Shown here: positions 53,201 to 64,000 of the stretch, one piece after another | Numbering within the stretch: the first letter of the stretch is position 1 | How the letters are laid out: the number at the start of each line of letters is the position of its first letter | Origin: the human T2T-CHM13v2.0 reference genome, Homo sapiens | Assembly (NCBI RefSeq): GCF_009914755.1 | Contig: NC_060932.1 | Reading direction: 5' to 3' (one strand) | DNA: 64,000 nt | Notes under the pieces: generated by a model | Told to the model about the DNA's origin: nothing | The model's input: only the letters and a program-made list of their open reading frames with translations | The model's database searches: none | Position numbers and translations under genes: made by a program

Positions 53201-56200
53201 CTTTTTGTAGTATCTGGAAGTGGACATTTGGAGTGCTTGCAGGCCTATGGTGAAGAAGGAAATATCTTCCCATAAAAACGACATAGAAACTATCTCAGGA
53301 ACTTGTTTATGATGCATCCAATCAACTAACAGTGTTGAACCTTTGTACTGACAGAGCAGTGTGAAACACTCTATTTTTGGAATCTGCAAGTGGATATTTG
53401 GATCGCTTTGAGGATTTCGTTGGATACGGGATGCAATATAAAACATACACAGCAGCATACTCAGAAAATACTTTGCCATATTTCCATTCAAGTCACAGAG
53501 TGGAACATTCCCATTCATAGAGCAGGTTTGACACACTCTTTTTGTAGTATCTGGAAGTGGATATTTGGAGCGCTTTCTGAACTATGGTGAAAAAGGAAAT
53601 ATCTTCCAATGAAAACAAGACAGAAGCATTCTGAGAAACTTATTTGTGATGTGTGTCCTCAACTAACGGACTTGAACCTTTCGTTTCATGCAGTACTTCT
53701 GGAACACTCTTTTTGAAGATTCTGCATGCGGATATTTGGATAGCTTTGAGGATTTCGTTGGAAACGGGCTTACATATAAAAATTAGACAGCAGCATTCTC
53801 AGAAACTTCTCTGTGGTGTCTGCATCCAAGTCACAGAATTGAACATCCCCTCACATAGAGCAGTTGTGCAGCACTCTATTTGTAGTATCTCGAAGTGGAC
53901 ATTTGGAGGGCTTTGTAGCCTATCTGGAAAAAGGAAATATCTTCCCAAGAATGCGAGATAGAAGTAATCTCAGAAACATGTTTATGCTGTATCTACTCAA
54001 CTAACTGTGCTGAACATTTCTATTGATAGAGCAGTTTTGAGACACTCTTCTTTTGGAATCTGCAAGTGGATATTTGGAAAGATTTGAGGATTTCTTTGAC
54101 AACGGGATTATATATAAAAAGTAGACAGCCGCATTCTCAGAAACTTCTTTGTGATGTTTGCATCCAGCTCTCAGAGTTGAACATTCCTTTTCGTAGAGTA
54201 GGTTTGAAACCCTCTTTTTATAGTGTCTGGAAGCGGGCATTTGGAGCGCTTTCAGGCCTATGCTGAAAAAGGAAATATCTACCTATAGAAACTAGACAGA
54301 AGCATTCTGAGAATCACGTTTGTGATGTGGGTACTCAACTAACAGTGTTGATCCATTCTTTTGATACAGCAGATTTGAACCACACTTTTTGTAGAATCTG
54401 CAAGTGGATATTTGGATAGCTGTGAGGATTTCCTTGGAAACGGGAATGCCTTCATAGAAAATTTAGACAGAAGCATTCTCAGAACCTTGATTGTGATGTG
54501 TGTTCTCCACTAACAGAGTTGAACCTTTCTTTTGACAGAACTGTTCTGAAACATTCTTTTTATAGAATCTGGAAGTGGATATTTGGAAAGCCTTGAGGAT
54601 TTCGTTGGAAACGGGAATATCTTCAAATCAAATCTAGCCAGAAGCATTCTAAGAAACATCTTAGGGATGTTTACATTCAAGTCACAGAGTTCAACATTCC
54701 CTTTCACAGGGCAGGTTTGAAACAATCTTCTCGTACTATCTGGAAGTGGACATTTTGAGCTCTTTGGGGCCTATGCTGAAAAAGGAAATATCTTCCGACA
54801 AAAACTAGACAGAAGCATTCGCAGAATCACGTTTGTGATGTGTGCACTCAACTGTCAGAATTGAACCTTTGTTTGGACAGAGCACTTTTGAAACACTCTT
54901 TTTGTAGAATCTGCAGGTGGATATTTGGCTAGCTTTGAGGATTTCGTTGGAAACGGTAATGTCTTCAAAGAAAATCTAGACAGAAACATTCTCAGAAACA
55001 CCTTCGTGATGTTTGCAATCAAGTCACAGAGTTGAACCTTCCGTTTCATAGAGCAGGTTGGAAACACTCTTTTTGTAGTATCTGGAAGTGGACATTTGGA
55101 GCGCTTTCAGGCCTATGGTGAAGAAGGAAATATCTTCCCATAAAAACGACATAGAAGCTATCTCAGGAACTTGTTTATGATGCATCCAATCAACTAACAG
55201 TGTTGAACCTTTGTACTGACAGAGCAGTGTGAAACACTCTTTTTTTTGGAATCTGCAAGTGGATATTTGGATCGCTTTGAGGATTTAGTTGGAAACGGGA
55301 TGCAATATAAAACGTACACAGCAGCATACTCAGAAAATACTTTGCCATATTTCCATTCAAGTCACAGAGTGGAACATTCCCATTCATAGAGCAGGTTTGA
55401 CACACTCTTTTTGTAGTATCTGGAAGTGGACATTTGGAGCGCTTTCTGAACTATGGTGAAAAAGGAAATATCTTCCAATGAAAACAAGACAGAAGCATTC
55501 TGAGAAACTTATTTGTGATGTGTGTCCTGAACTAACGGACTTGAACCTTTCGTTTCATGCAGTACTTCTGGAACACTCTTTTTGAAGATTCTGCATGCGG
55601 ATATTTGGATAGCTTTGAGGATTTCGTTGGAAACGGGCTTACATATAAAAATTAGACAGCAGCATTCTCAGAAACTTCTCTGTGGTGTCTGCATCCAAGT
55701 CACAGAATTGAACATCCCCTCACATAGAGCAGTTGTGCAGCACTCTATTTGTAGTATCTCGAAGTGGACATTTGGAGGGCTTTGTAGCCTATCTGGAAAA
55801 AGGAAATATCTTCCCAAGAATGCGAGATAGAAGTAATCTCAGAAACATGTTTATGCTGTATCTACTCAACTAACTGTGCTGAACATTTCTATTGATAGAG
55901 CAGTTTTGAGACACTCTTCTTTTGGAATCTGCAAGTGGATATTTGGATAGATTTGAGGATTTCGTTGGCAACGGGATTATATATACAAAGTAGACAGCCG
56001 CATTCTCAGAAACTTCTTTGTGATGTTTGCATCCAGCTCTCAGAGTTGAACATTCCCTTTCGTAGAGTAGGTTTGAAACCCTCTTTTTATAGTGTCTGGA
56101 AGTGGGCATTTGGAGCGCTTTCAGGCCTATGCTGAAAAAGGAAATATCTACCTATAGAAACTAGACAGAAGCATTCTGAGAATCACGTTTGTGATGTGGG

Positions 56201-59200
56201 TACTCAACTAACAGTGTTGATCCATTCTTTTGATACAGCAGTTTTCAACCACACTTTTTGTAGAATCTGCAAGTGGATATTTGGATAGCTGTGAGGATTT
56301 CCTTGGAAACGGGAATGCCTTCATAGAAAATTTAGACAGAAGCATTCTCAGAACCTTGATTGTGATGTGTGTTCTCCACTAACAGAGTTGAACCTTTCTT
56401 TTGACAGAACTGTTCTGAAACATTCTTTTTATAGAATCTGGAAGTGGATATTTGGAAAGCTTTGAGGATTTCGTTGGAAACGGGAATATCTTCAAATCAA
56501 ATCTAGCCAGAAGCATTCTAAGAAACATCTTAGGAATGTTTACATTCAAGTCACAGAGTTGAACATTCCCTTTCACAGAGCAGGTTTGAAACAATCTTCT
56601 CGTACTATCTGGAAGTGGACATTTTGAGCTCCTTGGGGCCTATGCTGAAAAAGGAAATATCTTCTGACAAAAACTAGACAGAAGCATTCGCAGAATCACG
56701 TTTGTGATGTGTGCACTCAACTGTCAGAATTGAACCTTGGTTTGGACAGAGCACTTTTGAAACACTCTTTTTGTAGAATCTGCAGGTGGATATTTGACTA
56801 GCTTTGAGGATTTCGTTGGAAACGGTAATGTCTTCAAAGAAAATCTAGACAGAAACATTCTCAGAAACACCTTCGTGATGTTTGCAATCAAGTCACAGAG
56901 TTGAACCTTCCGTTTCATAGAGCAGGTTGGAAACACTCTTTTTGTAGTATCTGGAAGTGGACATTTGGAGCGCTTTCAGGCCTATGGTGAAGAAGGAAAT
57001 ATCTTCCCATAAAAACGACATAGAATCTATCTCAGGAACTTGTTTATGATGCATCCAATCAACTAACAGTGTTGAACCTTTGTACTGACAGAGCAGTGTG
57101 AAACACTCTTTTTTTTGGAATCTGCAAGTGGATATTTGGATCGCTTTGAGGATTTCGTTGGAAACGGGATGCAATATAAAACGTACACAGCAGCATACTC
57201 AGAAAATACTTTGCCATATTTCCATTCAAGTCACAGAGTGGAACATTCCCATTCATAGAGCAGGTTTGAAACACTCTTTTTGTAGTATCTGGAAGTGGAC
57301 ATTTGGAGCGCTTTCTGAACTATGGTGAAAAAGGAAATATCTTCCAATGAAAACAAGACAGAAGCATTCTGAGAAACTTATTTGTGATGTGTGTCCTCAA
57401 CTAACGGACTTGAACCTTTCGTTTCATGCAGTACTTCTGGAACACTCTTTTTGAAGATTCTGCATGCGGATATTTGGATAGCTTTGAGGATTTCGTTGGA
57501 AACGGGCTTACATATAAAAATTAGACAGCAGCATTCTCAGAAACTTCTCTGTGGTGTCTGCATCCAAGTCACAGAATTGAACATCCCCTCACATAGAGCA
57601 GTTGTGCAGCACTCTATTTGTAGTATCTCGAAGTGGACATTTGGAGGGCTTTGTAGCCTATCTGGAAAAAGGAAATATCTTCCCAAGAATGCGAGATAGA
57701 AGTAATCTCAGAAACATGTTTATGCTGTATCTACTCAACTAACTGTGCTGAACATTTCTATTGATAGAGCAGTTTTGAGACACTCTTCTTTTGGAATCTG
57801 CAAGTGGATATTTGGAAAGATTTGAGGATTTCGTTGACAACGGGATTATATATAAAAAGTAGACAGCCGCATTCTCAGAAACTTCTTTGTGATGTTTGCA
57901 TCCAGCTCTCAGAGTTGAACATTCCCTTTCGTAGAGTAGGTTTGAAACCCTCTTTTTATAGTGTCTGGAAGCGGGCATTTGGAGCGCTTTCAGGCCTATG
58001 CTGAAAAAGGAAATATCTACCTATAGAAACTAGACAGAAGCATTCTGAGAATCACGTTTGTGATGTGGGTACTCAACTAACAGTGTTGATCCATTCTTTT
58101 GATACAGCAGTTTTCAACCACAGTTTTTGTAGAATCTGCAAGTGGATATTTGGATAGCTGTGAGGATTTCCTTGGAAACGGGAATGCCTTCATAGAAAAT
58201 TTAGACAGAAGCATTCTCAGAACCTTGATTGTGATGTGTGTTCTCCACTAACAGAGTTGAACCTTTCTTTTGACAGAACTGTTCTGAAACATTCTTTTTA
58301 TAGAATCTGGAAGTGGATATTTGGAAAGCCTTGAGGATTTCGTTGGAAACGGGAATATCTTCAAATCAAATCTAGCCAGAAGCATTCTAAGAAACATCTT
58401 AGGGGTGTTTACATTCAAGTCACAGAGTTGAACATTCCCTTTCACAGAGCAGGTTTGAAACAATCTTCTCGTACTATCTGGAAGTGGACATTTTGAGCTC
58501 CTTGGGGCCTATGCTGAAAAAGGAAATATCTTCCGACAAAAACTAGACAGAAGCATTCGCAGAATCACGTTTGTGATGTGTGCACTCAACTGTCAGAATT
58601 GAACCTTTGTTTGGACAGAGCACTTTTGAAACACTCTTTTTGTAGAATCTGCAGGTGGATATTTGGCTAGCTTTGAGGATTTCGTTGGAAACGGTAATGT
58701 CTTCAAAGAAAATCTAGACAGAAACATTCTCAGAAACACATTCGTGATGTTTGCAATCAAGTCACAGAGTTGAACCTTCCGTTTCATAGAGCAGGTTGGA
58801 AACACTCTTTTTGTAGTATCTGGAAGTGGAGATTTGGAGCGCTTTCAGGCCTATGGTGAAGAAGGAAATATCTTCCCATAAAAACGACATAGAAGCTATC
58901 TCAGGAACTTGTTTATGATGCATCCAATCAACTAACAGTGTTGAACCTTTGTACTGACAGAGCAGTGTGAAACACTCTTTTTTTTGGAATCTGCAAGTTG
59001 ATATTTGGATCGCTTTGAGGATTTAGTTGGAAACGGGATGCAATATAAAACGTACACAGCAGCATACTCAGAAAATACTTTGCCATATTTCCATTCAAGT
59101 CACAGAGTGGAACATTCCCATTCATAGAGCAGGTTTGACACACTCTTTTTGTAGTATCTGGAAGTGGACATTTGGAGCGGTTTCTGAACTATGGTGAAAA

Positions 59201-62200
59201 AGGAAATATCTTCCAATGAAAACAAGACAGAAGCATTCTGAGAAAATTGTTTGTGATGTGTGTCCTGAACTAACGGACTTGAACCTTTCGTTTCATGCAG
59301 TACTTCTGGAACACTCTTTTTGAAGATTCTGCATGCGGATATTTGGATAGCTTTGAGGATTTCGTTCGAAACGGCCTTAAATATAAAAATTAGACAGCAG
59401 CATTCTCAGAAACTTCTTTGTGGTGTCTGCATCCAAGTCACAGAATTGAACATCCCCTCACATAGAGCAGTTGTGCAGCACGCTATTTGTAGTATCTCGA
59501 AGTGGACATTTGGAGGGCTTTGTAGCCTATCTGGAAAAAGGAAATATCTTCCCATGAATGCGAGATAGAAGTAGTCTCAGAAACATGTTTATGCTGTATC
59601 TACTCAAGTAACTGTGCTGAACATTTCTATTGATAGAGCAGTTTTGAGACACTCTTCTTTTGGAATCTGCAAGTGGATATTTGGATAGATTTGAGGATTT
59701 CGTTGGCAACGGGATTATATATACAAAGTAGACAGCCGCATTCTCAGAAACTTCTTTGTGATGTTTGCATCCAGCTCTCAGAGTTGAACATTCCCTTTCG
59801 TAGAGTAGGTTTGAAACCCTCTTTTTATAGTGTCTGGAAGCGGGCATTTGGAGCGCTTTCAGGCCTATGCTGAAAAAGGAAATATCTACCTATAGAAACT
59901 AGACTGAAGCATTCTGAGAATCACGTTTGTGATGTGGGTACTCAACTAACAGTGTTGATCCATTCTTTTGATACAGCAGTTTTGAACCACACTTATTGTA
60001 GAATCTGCAAGTGGATATTTGGATAGCTGTGAGGATTTCCTTGGAAACGGGAATGTTTTCATAGAAAATTTAGACAGAAGCATTCTCAGAACCTTGATTG
60101 TGATGTGTGTTCTCCACTAACAGGGTTGAACCTTTCTTTTGACAGAACTGTTCTGAAACATTCTTTTTATAGAATCTGGAAGTGGATATTTGGAAAGCTT
60201 TGAGGATTTCGTTGGAAACGGGAATATCTTCAAATCAAATCTAGTCAGAAGCATTCTAAGAAACATCTTAGGGATGTTTACATTCAAGTCACAGAGTTGA
60301 ACATTCCCTTTCACAGAGCAGGTTTGAAACAATCTTCTCGTACTATCTGGAAGTGGACATTTTGAGCTCCTTGGGGCCTAGGCTGAAAAAGGAAATATCT
60401 TCCGACAAAAACTAGACAGAAGCATTCGCAGAATCACGTTTGTGATGTGTGCACTCAACTGACAGAATTGAACCTTTGTTTGGACAGAGCACTTTTGAAA
60501 CACTCTTTTTGTAGAATCTGCAGGTGGATATTTGGCTAGCTTTAAGGATTTCGTTGGAAACGGTAATGTCTTCAAAGAAAATCTAGACAGAAACATTCTC
60601 AGAAACACCTTCGTGATGTTTGCAATCAAGTCACAGAGTTGAACCTTCCGTTTCATAGAGCAGGTTGGAAACACTCTTTTTGTAGTATCTGGAAGTGGAC
60701 ATTTCGAGCGCTTTCAGGCCTATGGTGAAAAAGGAAATATCTTCCCATAAAAACGACATAGAAGCTATCTCAGGAACTTGTTTATGATGCATCCAATCAA
60801 CTAACAGTGTTGAAACTTTGTACTGACAGAGCAGTGTGAAACACTCTTTTTTTTGGAATCTGCAAGTGGATATTTGGATCGCTTTGAGGATTTCGTTGGA
60901 AACGGGATGCAATATAAAACGTACACAGCAGCATACTCAGAAAATACTTTGCCATATTTCCATTCAAGTCACAGAGTGGAACATTCCCATTCATAGAGCA
61001 GGTTTGACACACTCTTTTTGTAGTATCTGGAAGTGGACATTTGGAGCGCTTTCTGAACTATGGTGAAAAAGGAAATATCTTCCAATGAAAACAAGACAGA
61101 AGCATTCTGAGAAACTTATTTGTGATGTGTGTCCTCAACTAACGGACTTGAACCTTTCGTTTCATGCAGTACTTCTGGAACACTCTTTTTGAAGATTCTG
61201 CATGCGGATATTTGGATAGCTTTGAGGATTTCGTTGGAAACGGGCTTACATATAAAAATTAGACAGCAGCATTCTCAGAAACTTCTTTGTGGTGTCTGCA
61301 TTCAAGTCACAGAATTGAACATCCCCTCACATAGAGCAGTTGTGCAGCACTCTATTTGTTGTATCTCGAAGTGGACATTTGGAGGGCTTTGTAGCCTATC
61401 TGGAAAAAGGAAATATCTTCCCATGAATGCGAGATAGAAGTAATCTCAGAAACATGTTTATGCTGTATCTACTCAACTAACTGTGCTGAACATTTCTATT
61501 GATAGAGCAGTTTTGAGACACTCTTCTTTTGGAATCTGCAAGTGGATATTTGGAAAGATTTGAGGATTTCGTTGACAACGGGATTATATATAAAATGTAG
61601 ACAGCCGCATTCTCAGAAACTTCTTTGTGATGTTTGCATCCAGCTCTCAGAGTTGAACATTCCCTTTCGTAGAGTCGGTTTGAAACCCTCTTTTTATAGT
61701 GTCTGGAAGCGGGCATTTGGAGCGCTTTCAGGCCTATGCTGAAAAAGGAAATATCTACCTAAAGAAACTAGACAGAAGCATTCTGAGAATCACGTTTGTG
61801 ATGTGGGTACTCAACTAACAGTGTTGATCCATTCTTTTGATACAGCAGTTTTGAACCACACTTTTTGTAGAATCTGCAAGTGGATATTTGGATAGCTGTG
61901 AGGATTTCGTTGGAAACGGGAATGTCTTCATAGAAAATTTAGACAGAAGCATTCTCAGAACCTTGATTGTGATGTGTGTTCTCCACTAACAGAGTTGAAC
62001 CTTTCTTTTGACAGAACTGTTCTGAAACATTCTTTTTATAGAATCTGAAAGTGGATATTTAAAGCTTTGAGGATTTCGTTGGAAACGGGAATATCGTCAA
62101 ATCAAATCTAGCCAGAAGCATTCTAAGAAACATCTTAGGGATGTTTACATTCAAGTCACAGAGTTGAACATTCCCTTTCACAGAGCAGGTTTGAAACAAT

Positions 62201-62967
62201 CTTCTCGTACTATCTGGAAGTGGACATTTTGAGCTCCTTGGGGCCTATGCTGAAAAAGGAAATATCTTCCGACAAAAACTAGACAGAAGCATTCGCAGAA
62301 TCACGTTTGTGATGTGTGCACTCAACTGTCAGAATTGAACCTTGGTTTGGACAGAGCACTTTTGAAACACTCTTTTTGTAGAATCTGCAGGTGGATATTG
62401 GCTAGCTTTGAGGATTTCGTTGGAAACGGTAATGTCTTCAAAGAAAATCTAGACAGAAACATTCTCAGAAACACCTTCGTGATGTTTGCAATCAAGTCAC
62501 AGAGTTGAACCTTCCGTTTCATAGAGCAGGTTGGAAACACTCTTTTTGTAGTATCTGGAAGTGGACATTTGGAGCGCTTTCAGGCCTATGGTGAAAAAGG
62601 AAATATCTTCCCATAAAAACGACATAGAAGCTATCTCAGGAACTTGTTTATGATGCATCCAATCAACTAACAGTGTTGAACCTTTGTACTGACAGAGCAG
62701 TGTGAAACACTCTTTTTTTTGGAATCTGCAAGTGGATATTTGGATCGCTTTGAGGATTTCGTTGGAAACGGGATGCAATATAAAAGTACACAGCAGCATA
62801 CTCAGAAAATACTTTGCCATATATCCATTCAAGTCACAGAGTGGAACATTCCCATTCATAGAGCAGGTTTGACACACTCTTTTTGTAGTATCTGGAAGTG
62901 GACATTTGGAGCGCTTTCTGAACTATGGTGAAAAAGGAAATATCTTCCAATGAAAACAAGACAGAAG
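44284..62967 (+). repeat. 10 consecutive 11-mer HORs (HOR25-34)
   Basis: Unit starts at 44284, 46153, 48021, 49890, 51759, 53627, 55496, 57365, 59234 and 61103. The last unit is 1865 bp because of small deletions. Confidence 0.95.
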
Positions 62968-64000
62968 CATTCTGAGAAACTTATTTGTGATGTGTGTCCT
63001 CAACTAACGGACTTGAACCTTTCGTTTCATGCAGTACTTCTGGAGCACTCTTTTTGAAGATTCTGCATGTGGATATTTGGATAGCTTTGAGGATTTCGTT
63101 GGAAACGGGCTTACATATAAAAAGTAGACAGCAGCATTCTCAGAAACTACTTTGTGGTGTCTGCATTCAAGTCACAGAATTGAACATCCCCTCACATAGA
63201 GCAGTTGTGCAGCACTCTATTTGTAGTATCTCGAAGTGGACATTTGGAGGGCTTTGTAGCCTATCTGGAAAAAGGAAATATCTTCCCATGAATGCGAGAT
63301 AGAAGTAATCTCAGAAACATGTTTATGCTGTATCTACTCAACTAACTGTGCTGAACATTTCTATTGATTGAGCAGTTTTGAGGCACTCTTCTTTTGGAAT
63401 CTGCAAGTGGATATTTGGATAGATTTGACGATTTCGTTGGCAACGGGATCATATATAAAAAGTAGACAGCCGCATTCTCAGAAACTTCTTTGTGATGTTT
63501 GCATCCAGCTCTCAGAGTTGAACATTCCCTTTCATAGAGTAGGTTTGAAACCCTCTTTTTATAGTGTCTGGAAGCGGGCATTTGGAGCGCTTTCAGGCCT
63601 ATGCTGAAAAAGGAAATATCTACCTATAGAAACTAGACAGAAGCATTCTGAGAATCACGTTTGTGATGTGGGTACTCAATTAACAGTGTTGATCCATACT
63701 TTTGATACAGCAGTTTCGAACCACACTTTTTGTAGAATCTGCAAGTGGATATTTGGATAGCTGTGAGGATTTCCTTGGAAACGGGAATGTCTTCATAGAC
63801 AATTTAGACAGAAGCATTCTGAGAACCTTGATTGTGATGTGTGTTCTCCACTAAAAGGGCTGAACCTTTCTTTTGACAGAACTGTTCTGAAACATTCTTT
63901 TTATAGAATCTGGAAGTGGATATTTGGAATGATTTGGGGATTTCGTTGGAAACGGGAATATCTTCAAATAAAATCTAGCCAGAAGCATTCTAAGAAACAT
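62968..64000 (+). repeat. Partial HOR35 (monomers a-f and start of g), truncated by window end
   Basis: Same monomer order as the other units, with more private substitutions. Confidence 0.93.

Larger units (their letters stand above)
1..64000 (+). repeat. Centromeric alpha-satellite HOR array, 11-mer of 1869 bp, dimeric (SF2-like) family; probably human chr8 D8Z2
   Basis: ~171-bp monomers with alphoid hallmarks (CATTCTCAGAAAC, GAGTTGAAC, GTGGAYATTTGG, CENP-B box and pJalpha motifs) run throughout. The ORF track repeats every 1868-1870 bp (146, 2015, 3884, 5753...). Alpha-satellite identity is essentially certain. The D8Z2 assignment (about 0.8) rests on established knowledge that D8Z2 has 11-mer and 7-mer HORs, and on my seeing no GAATTC, which marks the D13Z1/D21Z1 11-mer. 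Confidence 0.98.

Noticed and set aside
146-63607. About 260 short ORFs (61-128 aa) on both strands, recurring with each HOR
   Set aside because: They are chance open frames in satellite DNA. They overlap on both strands, many use GTG/TTG starts, they are freely broken or fused by indels, and I recognise no protein domain.
1-64000. CRISPR-like appearance of conserved motifs separated by variable sequence
   Set aside because: The variable parts are homologous monomer segments that repeat every 1869 bp rather than unique spacers. There are no cas genes or leader.
1-64000. Possible transposon insertion, inversion or non-satellite island
   Set aside because: HOR spacing accounts for every base (1865-1870 bp, once 1185 bp) and all motifs keep one orientation, leaving no room for inserted sequence.
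1-64000. A previously undescribed biological system encoded in the window
   Set aside because: Everything visible is explained by known alpha-satellite HOR structure and turnover. The findings are locus-level variation, not a new system.

Overview
The whole 64 kb window is a head-to-tail array of primate (human-type) centromeric alpha-satellite in a single orientation. It is organised as an 11-monomer higher-order repeat (HOR) of 1869 bp (8 x 171 bp + 3 x 167 bp). There are 34 complete HOR copies between 120 and 62967 plus partial copies at both ends; 33 are 11-mers (1865-1870 bp) and one (43099-44283) is a 1185-bp 7-mer with a hybrid monomer. Alternation of CENP-B-box (B) and pJalpha (A) monomers indicates a dimeric suprachromosomal family (SF2-like). 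The 11-mer period, the 7-mer variant and the lack of the EcoRI site typical of chr13/21 point to the chromosome 8 array D8Z2; that assignment is from recall and needs an alignment. I found no genes, RNA genes, transposon insertions, inversions or CRISPR arrays, and all listed ORFs are by-products of the repeat. I cannot support a previously undescribed biological system here. The informative signal is the array's internal history: a mappable 7-mer breakpoint, one- and two-HOR duplications, variant domains, apparent conversion patches, gain and loss of CENP-B boxes, and rising divergence toward the 3' end. All comparisons were done by eye. Monomer labels a-k and HOR numbers are my own.
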